Below are positions 21,701 to 30,615 of a stretch of 64,000 bases of DNA, one piece after another (position 1 is the stretch's first letter; every line of letters starts with the position of its first letter). The translations under genes and the position numbers were made by a program. Source of the DNA: a bacterium (lineage in GTDB: Bacteria; Hinthialibacterota; Hinthialibacteria; Hinthialibacterales; Hinthialibacteraceae); the NCBI GenBank assembly GCA_963662285.2, contig CAXXMV010000006.1:1664001-1728000 (forward strand), written 5' to 3'. The notes under the pieces are model-generated. The model made no database searches and was not told where the DNA came from. It saw nothing but the letters and a program-made list of their open reading frames with translations.

Positions 21701-21815
21701 GGCTGGCGCGATATCCAACGGTATTGACGTTAGCAATATTGTTACCGATAACATCAATATTGTGTCCCATCGCGGTAAGACCGGTAAGACCTACAAAAAG
21801 TGAACGAATAGTCAT
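18774..21815 (-). CDS. flgE: Flagellar hook protein FlgE (very long, 1013 aa)
   Basis: IGNNIANVNTVGYR, TGRLLDLAVMGDGFF, TRAGNF, LELSNVDLAAEFTKLIVAQRAYQANAR. Confidence 0.93.
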   Translation of the reverse strand: MTIRSLFVGLTGLTAMGHNIDVIGNNIANVNTVGYRASRASFDDIFYQTLSSGIGASGTRGGVNPVQFGTGVKLGSVDKIFTQGSPETTGRLLDLAVMGDGFFVLRDGDGSEKSNEFLTRAGNFSLDNEGFLVDPASGYRLIGQTADENGMLETSKSLGPLQIDDNRKSLAQTTNIVRAGGNFDSSVGDNSPVSQALNTSNLLGIFDAKGEPMGLINGDVIKFETGFLNLNNPPVGVDNPVELTKQNINDRGEGVIMTITATTTIADLQEAFTDFFSGIITEITPGVASGIDVNFNSSGAFEFSNSGKNSLKGIRIGLDARNTETEPPVDANRLIGNLFVNEGDPDFTKTLNVGATEVVSTNSVRQADRNTSIDVFDSLGASHTVSVGLAADTSQPAAIKETILGELRDSEGRFLIPDGIVPPKIELLEPQNDPASNTATFTARQVSNIVATQGVFSYNDANGNLIAIRVSDGALSINGGTFNVPTNDAIRAVFDDNDINVTGNEFLNIPSKNVEGGLIGDEGFTENTTLEIVRSNIEKRINSSIQRIADNIVDLDPDDLPAEFISPNVSGLLAEPATELEFKVILTDDGSFQFETTGGNMGASALPDSDARTASLIAAAGGEDNMGMVLDLAAKTRSIRVSTLDTTTDPATEDQEIDIDNTDVDKKVTGFLKDATADEIFGSDLTKVFSIGNTDFGPLVEGDPSLAEPTGINDSGVHLVALSSGTFFEMEDAAGAPEYFSETDAFDPEVTAFRALFNQRGYGIAADFDGETGVDRTEGVPIGIVAKAGSGNVFTSNTIHQDGLTRNTVNFQAVVPNDARKPPQGTTGSLYFDNTGRFDQYGSSNTPNISFDYDDNDPQNGGAREVKFEMDLSGITQFDSNHTAQLQSQDGRPVGMLDNVAITANGEIMGLFTNGDSQTLGKVMLATVTNEGGLVQQGNTLFQYRDGDNSGERRFVEADSEAGTIESGSLELSNVDLAAEFTKLIVAQRAYQANARIITTGDQILTEIVSLKR

Positions 21816-21819
21816 TATG

Positions 21820-21964
21820 AATTGACCTCCATGTCTGCTCTACTACCCGTTGAGCGGGTAATTTATCCCTCAAACGGTAGATAATTATGTAGAAAGCATC
21901 CTGCTTTCTTGAATCGCATCAGTCGATCAACGATTCAGAGGCTTCCTCAAAGAGGTCCAGCCTC
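21820..21964 (-). promoter_or_regulatory. Structured flgE 5' leader (four tandem hairpins, GGA motifs)
   Basis: Stems at 21938-21964, 21910-21937, 21891-21909 (AGAAAGCA-GGA-UGCUUUCU) and 21844-21860, then AUGGAGGU SD. Confidence 0.5.
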
Positions 21965-22039
21965 ATTTGTATAGAGTGTAAATACAGTTAAAAATTGATC
22001 CAGCGGGCGCTGCTAAAGGGTAAAAATAAAATTAAATAA

Positions 22040-22444
22040 TTATGCAACAACGGCGCTGTCGATTTGAGTGAACACATTCTTCGATGCACCGGATAAATCC
22101 ATAGCTGTGACTACTGTGCGGTTGTCGATATTAACCACAAGCGCGTTGCCATCCAAAACGATCAGGGAGTTGTGCGCTCCTTTTTCGTCTGCTTTATCAA
22201 TGGCGTCATCAAGCCGGGCCATATCTTCGTCACTTAGATTAATGCCTCGCGTTGTAAGACGTTGTTGCGCATGAATTGAGAAATTAACATCAACTTTTTG
22301 CGCATTGAGCGATTTCGATAGAATATCGGAGAATTTACCGCCATTACTCGATTTAGGCGTCATTCCTATGGCTGGCGCCTGAATGAAATCGGAAATCGAT
22401 GGAGGTGGAACATATACTTGATTGCCAATGTTCATGGAATTCAT
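22040..22444 (-). CDS. Flagellar operon protein (TIGR02530 family)
   Basis: FSIHAQQRLTTRGI, KADEKGAHNSL, NRTVVTAM, NVFTQIDSAV; located between flgD and flgE. Confidence 0.88.
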   Translation of the reverse strand: MNSMNIGNQVYVPPPSISDFIQAPAIGMTPKSSNGGKFSDILSKSLNAQKVDVNFSIHAQQRLTTRGINLSDEDMARLDDAIDKADEKGAHNSLIVLDGNALVVNIDNRTVVTAMDLSGASKNVFTQIDSAVVA

Positions 22445-23124
22445 TGAGTGTTAGTCCTTTCATAGACGCCAAAGACATTGCTGAATGGAGTGGCGTTGCC
22501 ATCCACTATCAGAATTGGCGTACCGTCAATGTAGTTTACCCCTTCAACAAATCCTCGAATGAATACTGGATATTCGGTTACATTGCCTTCTTCATCAATC
22601 GTATCACCGACCGACATGCTGTATTCGCCTGGTGGAAGTTGATCGCCATTATTATTCTTGCCGTCGAAATGGTAAGCAACTTCTCCTGATTGATATACCG
22701 TCACTAAATCGCTGCGAACGATTTCCCCAGCTGCGTTAAATATCTTTACGTTTTCAATACCGGTATTATCAGCCAGGAAGGAGAAATCGATTGATTTGTC
22801 CGCCTGTAGAGTAAACTGATCCTCGGCGATTGATACTTCTTTACCGATGAGCGACAGGGCTTGAGTTGAAGTATTATTATTTTGGCCTTCTATTAGTTGT
22901 TGAAGCAAATCCGTTTGCATCTGCTGTTGCTCAAGAGAACTGAAGGTTGCCAATTCGGCTACGAAATCCTGGTTTTCAATCGGATTCATAGGGTCCTGAT
23001 TCTGCAACTGAGCGATCAACAATGTCAAGAACTGATCGCTGTTAACTTCTTGAGAACCGATCGTGCTTTGCGTAGCCGCAGATGAAGCTAAACTATTGAC
23101 AGAAGACGTGGGAGCGATAGCCAT
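22441..23124 (-). CDS. flgD: Flagellar hook capping protein FlgD
   Basis: FLTLLIAQLQNQDPMNP, FVAELATFSSLEQ, FDGKNNNGDQLPPGEY. Confidence 0.93.
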   Translation of the reverse strand: MAIAPTSSVNSLASSAATQSTIGSQEVNSDQFLTLLIAQLQNQDPMNPIENQDFVAELATFSSLEQQQMQTDLLQQLIEGQNNNTSTQALSLIGKEVSIAEDQFTLQADKSIDFSFLADNTGIENVKIFNAAGEIVRSDLVTVYQSGEVAYHFDGKNNNGDQLPPGEYSMSVGDTIDEEGNVTEYPVFIRGFVEGVNYIDGTPILIVDGNATPFSNVFGVYERTNTQ

Positions 23125-23162
23125 GGTATAGTACCTTTAACTAAAATTTCTGTAACTAATTC

Positions 23163-25682
23163 TTAAAAGTAATAATCCGATGTTGCCATGCGATCAGACC
23201 ATAAAGCAAATTTATTCCTGGCCTGGTTGCCATTACGGTTGTTTTCCTGTTGATTCTGGCGGTTGTTATAATCAGAACGGTTTTTCGCTGTGCGATCCTG
23301 TGAATCTTCATTCTTGCCATAATCCTGTTTGGGATCAAATTGTTCTTTGTTAACTACCAGTCGGTCAACTTTGAGTCCTTGTTCATCAAATGCAGAGCGT
23401 AAGGTGTTAAGGCCTTGCTGCATCATGGCCCTGGTCGAGTCTTTTTCAGCATTCAACTGAGCGGATAACTGGCCGTTTTCCATAGTTATCCTGATATGGA
23501 TTTGTCCCAGAGATTCTGGAACCATACGCAAGGTGACGTGGCTGCGATCAGAACCAATAGTTCCTTGAACGCCTTTTACAATTTGTTTAGCCGCCGCTTC
23601 CTGTACTTCGGCTATCTTCTCCATATATTGCTGCATCATGGTTGCTTGTGGAGTCTGTTGAATCTGTGGCGTACTGGCAATAATCGGTTGTGATTGAAAA
23701 TTGGTTTGCGCTGACTGTTGACTTTGAATCTGCGTTTGATCTGGTTGATTGTTGCTTTGCGTTTGAACAGTAGGCTTTACCTGATTAACCGTTTCAAGAA
23801 TACTTGCCTGTTGATTATTGCGAAGACTTTGTAGAATAATTGCTTCTGATTTATTATTCGAAGAAGACGTTGTTTTGTTATCCTGAGATGTGAAAGCTTT
23901 TTTGAATGATTCTTTGGAATCATATTGAGCGATGCGTTCTTCCTTGGCTTTGATCATGCTGCTGATCCTGGCGGATTCAATTAACCGGGCGCTTTCTTGA
24001 TCCGAGTTACTTTCGCCTTTTTGCTTTTGTTGATTGTTTTTGCTGGATTCAGAAGAATCGCTTTTAACTTCCTTATCTTCTTCAGTAATGGAATGCGCTA
24101 GAAGGACGATTTTTTGCTGCTTGTCATCATCATCGCCTTGATCCATGCTGCGAACCATGTATAGAACTTTGGAACTTTCAGGTTGTTCGCTATTGGTTTT
24201 GCTATCCGTAACAACTTTTTCCGCAATGACGCTCTCAATAATTGCTTCATTCTCAATGATATTGGTTGTATCAGAATTGGAGGCTTTCACAAATTCTTCA
24301 GCATCTATAATCTTTTGACCTTCGCTCTCCTGACTCTCTTCCTTGGATTGAATTTGATTATCGTTAATAGTTTCTGATTGTTTTGAATTATTGTCAGATA
24401 CTTCAACCGCAGGTGATTTCAGGTATTTTGAAATTGAGTTTTCTGCGTCTTTGAGTTCCGGGTCTTTTGATGCTGAGTCTTTGTGTACTAAATCTTTGTG
24501 TACTGAATCTTTGTGTACTGTATCCTTCTGTACTGTATTTTTTAGTACTGTATCTTTAGAAGGCGCTGACTCTTGTTTTACTGAGTTGTTCAGTACTGGC
24601 TCTTGCTGCACCGGGTCTTTTGTCGTTTTTTCTTTAATATCTGAATCTTTTGATAAAGATGCAATAGGCGTCGATTGATTGAGCGCTGTATCTTTTAATA
24701 ATGGTTCTTTAGGCGTTGAATCATTGGGTGCTGATTCTTTGGATACGGCGCCTTTGAATTCTGAATTGCTGGATACTGAATTCAAAGGAGTCGAATCTTT
24801 GAGTTCAGAATTTTTAGGCGCCGAATTATCATCCTTTGAATTTAAGATATTATTCTCGCCTTTTTTATTTTCAGCGAGTTTTTCTTTCAGTGGAGTCTCT
24901 TCTGATTTAACAAGGTTATCAACTAATTTAGTTGATTGTCCTGTGATATTGCTTATAGCATCGGCGATTTTGTTGCTGGAATTTTCACCTGATGTCTTGT
25001 TTGAATTATCGGATTCTTTGGATTGATCGGATTTTGATTCGTCTTTAACAATCTTACTGGAAGATTGGGAATCTTCATCTTTTTCGGCATCACTTTTTTG
25101 ATACCGGGCAAAAAATAACCGTTCAACGGGAAAATCTTTCTGCTTATTATCTTCAGAATTGGTAATGCTATCAAAAGATTCTTTACCCTCAAGCAAGGCT
25201 GCAATTTGTTCTTTGGAGAGATATACCGTTTTGATTTCTACCGATTCCTGGTCGCCGATTCCCAATTTTTCTTTCACGTCATCGGGCAGTACGTCAACGT
25301 TAATACGGACTTTGCCTTGGTCGTCGATGATGATACTATCTTTGGGAACTTCAACGATTACTGTCGAATCGTCTTTAACCTTTTCCCTGGATTCCTTTTT
25401 ATCATCTATAGTATTGGATTCTTTTGATTTAACTGAATTTATCGGGTGGTCTGAATAAACTTGTTCCGCCTGATCAGATGTTTGCCCCGGGTTGTTTTCA
25501 GTGGATTGAGTTTGAGGGGTAGTTTGGTTAATTGCCTGAGAAAAGTAGTTTTCAAAGGAATCGCTTTCTGACTTTGGAAGATCATTAACCCTGGAAGATG
25601 TTTCCATTCGATTAACAATCTGATCAGAGGAGAAAAAAGCGATTGTTGTGTTTTGGTTCATGACTACCATCCGTGGTTTCAT
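23163..25682 (-). CDS. fliK: Flagellar hook-length control protein FliK
   Basis: Long low-complexity N-terminus; C-terminal LRMVPESLGQIHIRI...LRSAFDEQGL; upstream of flgD. Confidence 0.85.
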   Translation of the reverse strand: MKPRMVVMNQNTTIAFFSSDQIVNRMETSSRVNDLPKSESDSFENYFSQAINQTTPQTQSTENNPGQTSDQAEQVYSDHPINSVKSKESNTIDDKKESREKVKDDSTVIVEVPKDSIIIDDQGKVRINVDVLPDDVKEKLGIGDQESVEIKTVYLSKEQIAALLEGKESFDSITNSEDNKQKDFPVERLFFARYQKSDAEKDEDSQSSSKIVKDESKSDQSKESDNSNKTSGENSSNKIADAISNITGQSTKLVDNLVKSEETPLKEKLAENKKGENNILNSKDDNSAPKNSELKDSTPLNSVSSNSEFKGAVSKESAPNDSTPKEPLLKDTALNQSTPIASLSKDSDIKEKTTKDPVQQEPVLNNSVKQESAPSKDTVLKNTVQKDTVHKDSVHKDLVHKDSASKDPELKDAENSISKYLKSPAVEVSDNNSKQSETINDNQIQSKEESQESEGQKIIDAEEFVKASNSDTTNIIENEAIIESVIAEKVVTDSKTNSEQPESSKVLYMVRSMDQGDDDDKQQKIVLLAHSITEEDKEVKSDSSESSKNNQQKQKGESNSDQESARLIESARISSMIKAKEERIAQYDSKESFKKAFTSQDNKTTSSSNNKSEAIILQSLRNNQQASILETVNQVKPTVQTQSNNQPDQTQIQSQQSAQTNFQSQPIIASTPQIQQTPQATMMQQYMEKIAEVQEAAAKQIVKGVQGTIGSDRSHVTLRMVPESLGQIHIRITMENGQLSAQLNAEKDSTRAMMQQGLNTLRSAFDEQGLKVDRLVVNKEQFDPKQDYGKNEDSQDRTAKNRSDYNNRQNQQENNRNGNQARNKFALWSDRMATSDYYF
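24478..24557. repeat. 15-bp coding tandem repeat in fliK (KDTVL/KNTVQ/KDTVH/KDSVH/KDLVH)
   Basis: TCTTTGTGTACTAAA, TCTTTGTGTACTGAA, TCTTTGTGTACTGTA, TCCTTCTGTACTGTA, TTTTTTAGTACTGTA. Confidence 0.85.
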
Positions 25683-25715
25683 ATAGCGGAAACTCCGTCC
25701 GCATATTAAATTAAG

Positions 25716-25732
25716 AGCAAGGGTAATGCCAA
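25716..25732 (-). promoter_or_regulatory. Sigma54 (-24/-12) promoter for the fliK operon
   Basis: Minus strand TTGGCATTACCCTTGCT, with GG-N10-GC spacing, about 35 bp upstream of the fliK ATG. Confidence 0.7.
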
Positions 25733-25892
25733 AAAATAAAAATGTTAATTAAGTGGTGATGTATTGATATAACTCGCTGATTTATTTATATTAATGTTTA
25801 TAGAGACATAACATTTACTGATTTCAATGTTATGTTGAATAGGAAAAACTTGCCGAAGCGTTTTTAGCGCATATTTTATAGAGGTAATAATA

Positions 25893-26252
25893 GTGAGCGA
25901 TCTGATTTTTATTGAAGACTTAATCGTACCAGTTCATATTGGATGCAGTAAAAAAGAGCGCAAAATCGCCCAACCCGTCAGGCTTAATATATCTATGGAA
26001 TTTGATGCTCATGCTGCGGGAGCATCAGATAAATTAAGCGATGCGTTGGATTACGTGAAAGCCTATCACCTGATTCAAGGGATTGTTGATAATAATTCTT
26101 ATGTATTACTGGAACGGTTTTGCACGGTCTGCGCTGATGCATTGCTGGAGCTGGGCGCCCGGTCCGTTAAAATTCGAGCATCAAAAGATAGATGTCCCAT
26201 ACCTGGCTTCCAGGGCCGGGTTGGCGTTGAAATCATCCGTAAAAAGGATTAG
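25893..26252 (+). CDS. folB: Dihydroneopterin aldolase
   Basis: HIGCSKKER..AQPV, SDKLSDALDY, LLE, VGVEIIR. Confidence 0.9.
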   Translation: MSDLIFIEDLIVPVHIGCSKKERKIAQPVRLNISMEFDAHAAGASDKLSDALDYVKAYHLIQGIVDNNSYVLLERFCTVCADALLELGARSVKIRASKDRCPIPGFQGRVGVEIIRKKD

Positions 26253-26260
26253 TCAGGTTC

Positions 26261-28537
26261 ATGAAGAACGAAACGGCTCGTTCATCGAAAAAAAACAGCA
26301 ATATATCATTTAAAGACGGGTTGGAGACTCCGGTTATGTACTGCCCGTCGGTTGGACCTAAACGCGCCCAATCACTGGAGAAACTCAATATAACTACAGT
26401 GCGCGACCTCTTGTGGCATCTGCCGCGCAGTTATGAAGATTATCACACCATCACCCAGATAACTCACCTTAACGCCGGTCAAGTCGCTACAGTGGTGGGC
26501 GACGTCGTTTCAATTGATGAGCGCAGCCCCGCCAGTAGATTCAGCAAAGTGCGGCATATTCTTAATGTTCAGATCAAGGACGCATCCGCATTCATGAAGG
26601 TGGTATGGTTTAACCAACAATTCCTTCTGAAGAGCATCCATATTGGATCGCGGATATTATTGCATGGTAAGGTTGAGCTATACGATTATCTGCCGCAGAT
26701 GTCCGCGCCTAAAATACAGGTATTGGATAATGACAAAGGTTCCGATAGTTTGCCCGACCTGGTTCCTTTGTATCCCCTGTGCGATGGTTTAACCCAGAAT
26801 ATTATCCATACCATAATCCATAAAGCCTTTGAACGCTTTGGTAAGGAATGCGTTGAATTTCTGCCGGAAGCGATCCTACAGAAATATAACTACCCATCCA
26901 GGGAAGAATCTTTCCGCATCCTGCATGATCCCAAACCGGGTGACGGCGCCCCCACCAGCGGTTCCGGACAGGCGCCGGAATTATTTAATCAGGATGAGCA
27001 GGGGGAAGTCTTACAGGCGGGATCACCGGAAACGTCCTGGGAAAAAGCGCGGCGGCGTTTGGTATTTGAAGAGTTTTTGTTGCACCAGTTTATTCTGCGC
27101 CGCATAAACGGCAGCCGGAAAAAAGAGCAGGGCATTGCTCATCCAGCTCTTAAGATCGATCCCTGGAACGACCAGACAACCGTGTTGGATACTGATGATA
27201 AGTTGTGCTGGCCCGCTTTATTCGTGCGCAACCTGCCTTTTCAACTTACCGATGATCAGATAAAAGTATGCCGCGAGTTTGCGCATGATATGGTTCAGCC
27301 CGCGCCTATGAGCCGTCTTTTACAGGGCGATGTGGGATCGGGCAAGACGGTTGTCTCGCTCTTCGCCATGCTGATAGCTGTCTCTGGCGGATCGCAGGCG
27401 GCTTTGATGGTTCCAACGGAGATTCTAGCCCAGCAGCACGCCGCTACGATTAGAAAATTAACTCAATCGATTCCCGGATTACGCGTGGCGGTGCTGAGAG
27501 GAAGCGCTAAAGCCAAAGAGCGCCGGGAGAATATGGAAGCCCTGGCTTCAGGAGAAGCGCAGATTGCGGTGGGCACTCATGCTCTGTTTCAGGAGAAAGT
27601 CCAATTCAAGAACCTGGGCCTGGTGTTGGTGGATGAGCAGCATAAGTTCGGCGTCAATCAACGTCAGAAGATGATCGAGAAGGGGTCGCATCCAGATTTA
27701 CTGGTAGCCACCGCCACCCCTATTCCACGCACCCTGTCGCTGACCATGTTCGGAGATATGGATGTTTCGTTGATTAGGTCGCTGCCTCCGGGGCGTCCGG
27801 AACTGATTTCGCGTTGGACGACGTGGGGTAAAGAGAAGAAAGTATGGGAATTCGTCGATGAGAGGATCGAAGAGGGACAGCAGGTATACGTGGTCTGCCC
27901 CATCATTGAACCATCGGAAGAGATGCCTCAGCTGCCTTCAACGGAGGAAGCATTCGAGCGGCTTTCTGAAACCTTCTTCCCTCATCGCCGGGTAGCCATA
28001 TTACATGGCCGACATTCCGCTGAAGATAAGGAAGACCTCATGTCGCGTATGCAGGCGGGAGAGATCGACGTGGTAGTGGCCACTACGGTTATCGAGGTGG
28101 GGGTCGACCTTCCCAACGCCACCGTTATGGCCGTGCTGGGCGCCGAGCGTTTCGGGCTGGCTCAGTTGCATCAATTGCGCGGCCGGGTGGGGCGGGGGAC
28201 GGAGAAATCTTATTGCATCCTGATTACCCATCCCAATATCGCATCATACGCCGAAGAGAGGATGCGGGTATTAGAGAAGACGCGCGACGGCTTCAAAATC
28301 GCTGATGAAGATTTGCGTCTAAGGGGGCCGGGAGAACAATTCGGCACGCGGCAAAGCGGACATATCAACTTCCGCATAGCCGATCCAGTGCAGGACGGCG
28401 AGTTGCTGCGCCAGGCCAATCAAGCGGCCAGCGATATCTATCAACAAGACCCTGATCTGAAAATGCCGGAGCATAAGTTGCTTAAGAAAGAACTGATCCT
28501 GGCTTTTAACCGGATGGATAGTTTTAGGCCTTCTTGA
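26261..28537 (+). CDS. recG: ATP-dependent DNA helicase RecG
   Basis: RLLQGDVGSGKT, PTEILAQQH, DEQHKFG, TATPIPRTL, QLHQLRGRVGRG, DLRLRGPGE. Confidence 0.96.
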   Translation: MKNETARSSKKNSNISFKDGLETPVMYCPSVGPKRAQSLEKLNITTVRDLLWHLPRSYEDYHTITQITHLNAGQVATVVGDVVSIDERSPASRFSKVRHILNVQIKDASAFMKVVWFNQQFLLKSIHIGSRILLHGKVELYDYLPQMSAPKIQVLDNDKGSDSLPDLVPLYPLCDGLTQNIIHTIIHKAFERFGKECVEFLPEAILQKYNYPSREESFRILHDPKPGDGAPTSGSGQAPELFNQDEQGEVLQAGSPETSWEKARRRLVFEEFLLHQFILRRINGSRKKEQGIAHPALKIDPWNDQTTVLDTDDKLCWPALFVRNLPFQLTDDQIKVCREFAHDMVQPAPMSRLLQGDVGSGKTVVSLFAMLIAVSGGSQAALMVPTEILAQQHAATIRKLTQSIPGLRVAVLRGSAKAKERRENMEALASGEAQIAVGTHALFQEKVQFKNLGLVLVDEQHKFGVNQRQKMIEKGSHPDLLVATATPIPRTLSLTMFGDMDVSLIRSLPPGRPELISRWTTWGKEKKVWEFVDERIEEGQQVYVVCPIIEPSEEMPQLPSTEEAFERLSETFFPHRRVAILHGRHSAEDKEDLMSRMQAGEIDVVVATTVIEVGVDLPNATVMAVLGAERFGLAQLHQLRGRVGRGTEKSYCILITHPNIASYAEERMRVLEKTRDGFKIADEDLRLRGPGEQFGTRQSGHINFRIADPVQDGELLRQANQAASDIYQQDPDLKMPEHKLLKKELILAFNRMDSFRPS

Positions 28538-28546
28538 GGGATGTCT

Positions 28547-28638
28547 GTAGGGTGGGCTAAAAGCGCCAGCGTAGCCCACCATGATGCATAGGCGGCTTTG
28601 GAGGGCTACGTCGCTTTGTGGCTTTTAGCTAATCCTAC
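28547..28638. repeat. Inverted REP doublet (REPIN/BIME-like), GTAG family
   Basis: GTAGGGTGGGCTAAAAGCGCCAGCGTAGCCCACC (28547-28580) plus a degenerate inverted copy (28600-28638) ending in CCTAC; matches 2353-2392. Confidence 0.75.
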
Positions 28639-28671
28639 GCGCTACGGAGTTGTCTTCAATGGGGGGTAATA

Positions 28672-30524
28672 ATGATTAAATATCTTAAACCATTCTATGT
28701 TTTATTTCTGGCAATCGTTATTGTTTACATCTTCTATCTTGCCTACTTATCAGAGTATTATGAGTATAGTTATGTTTCTGAAACTAAAGACTATGGTTTT
28801 GCATCTAAACCAGACTGCATCGAACGCTTCGGGTTAGGTTCAATCAGGGAAATTGCATATTCTGATAAATTTGATTTTTTATATATCGATTCAGCGATTC
28901 ATTCAGCGCTATGGGATGTAAATAAAAATAGCTGTAAATTGATCGAAGAATTTAAGTACTACGATAAAAATATCTTTTCAACTATTTCAAAATCCGGGAA
29001 ATATATAGTTGCGCCTTATTCAAAAGATGAATCGCAAATCAAGAACTATGAAACAAAATCCGAGTTGATCCTTCCAAAAATCCTAAATGCCGTTTTTTCT
29101 AAGGATGAGAATTTTGTTGCTTTTGTGCAGATAAATAAACTTCGCGTATTGAATCTAAAAAATAATGAATTTATCCTCGACAAGATTTTTGAGGTCGATA
29201 GTTTGCATACCAAGAAAATGTTGATATCGCTAGATAATAAATATTTATATTACAAAAATGAAAGGGATTCAATCACTAAATATGATATACAAACTGGTAA
29301 TATCTTACACGTATTTAATTTTGAAAATAATATTTACGAATGGTTTTTAAATGATAATGGCTTGAACGCCATTTTTTGTTTTAATAGTTTTTCCTATAAC
29401 TCCGGGAAGTATGATGGTTCTAAAATTTTTTCAAAATTTAAAATATCCACGCTTGATGCCATATCTGACAAGGAAATTTCAAGTGTATTTTATGATAAAG
29501 TGATTATTCAAGATGATAAGTTTGATTATAATGAGATATTATGCCTTTATGATACCAAATACACATATATATATGATACGAAAACTCATGAATTGATCTG
29601 CGATAAAATCGAGAAACCTAAATCGATTAGGTATATACTACATGCAATCATCAATAAAGAAATGAATAATATGCTAATCATGGATTGCGATGAGAATATC
29701 TATTTACAATCTTTTAATAATACTGAAGATGCATTTGTGAAATTAGATATTTCGTCTGAACCAAAAAATGCTTTGATGCATAAGAATAAAATATTTGTTA
29801 TTGACATCGCTGATAATCTGTGGTTTTTAGATGACATCAAAAAATTAAACAAATTAACATTGGTTAATGATTTATATAAAAGTACATTGAAATATGCAAA
29901 ACTATTTAATAACAACAAGAATTTATTATCTATATCGAAGACTTATAATTATGTCTGGGAAAGGAAATTTTTTCAAATATGTATTTGGGATTATGACAAG
30001 TATAATATCATAAAAAGTTATTCCACAGGTTTTTACATATCTTGTAGTTATGAATGTGCAGACATCTCGCCAGATGGTAAATACTTAGCTATTTTAGAGA
30101 TTAAACCTGAAAGATGCGTAAGAATAATCGATTGGAATAGCGATAAGATAGTCAAGAAAATTTATGGTATTGAATATCCGAGTAGAAAAGTATCTTTTAA
30201 TGACATGGATTTAAACATAAATATACCTTATGATTCAAAGCATATAAATCATATTGAATGGCTTGCTAGTAATACTATTATGCTTAAATACTGTGATTAT
30301 CGTAAGACGAAATTATATCAAATGAACAAAAATCAAAAAAAATAGGAATTCGAGATATTTTTGATAAGGAATTGCAATTTTCTATGAAATATATGAGTCC
30401 AAATTACATTAACGTCTATGATAACAAGTATATATTGCTTTCGAGTAATAAAGGTATTGTTGATAAATATGATATTAATAGTTTTAGTCAGGCGCCGGTG
30501 AAAGAAATTATGGATATTAACTGA
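28672..30524 (+). CDS. AT-rich membrane-anchored WD40/beta-propeller-like protein; frame break at an A8 run (ORF stops at 30345 and continues in another frame to 30524)
   Basis: N-terminal TM; repeats such as ISKSGKYI, FSKDENFV, ISLDNKYL, ISPDGKYL, xWD; frame 30342-30524 encodes YILLSSNKGIVDKYDI. Confidence 0.65.
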
Positions 30525-30615
30525 GAATATGACTGGCGAATGATTGAATATCTTTATCAAATAAAACAGGCATAATTTGATGGAAATATTATTATAAAAT
30601 AAAGGAATTGTCCTA

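Noticed and set aside
23163-23190. FliK C-terminus ATSDYYF resembles the C-terminal tail motif
   Set aside because: FliK proteins commonly end in a D-x-x-hydrophobic strand, it has no signal peptide, and the spacing does not fit the consensus
24478-24557. Possible CRISPR-like array
   Set aside because: Contiguous 15-bp in-frame coding repeats without spacers; no cas genes
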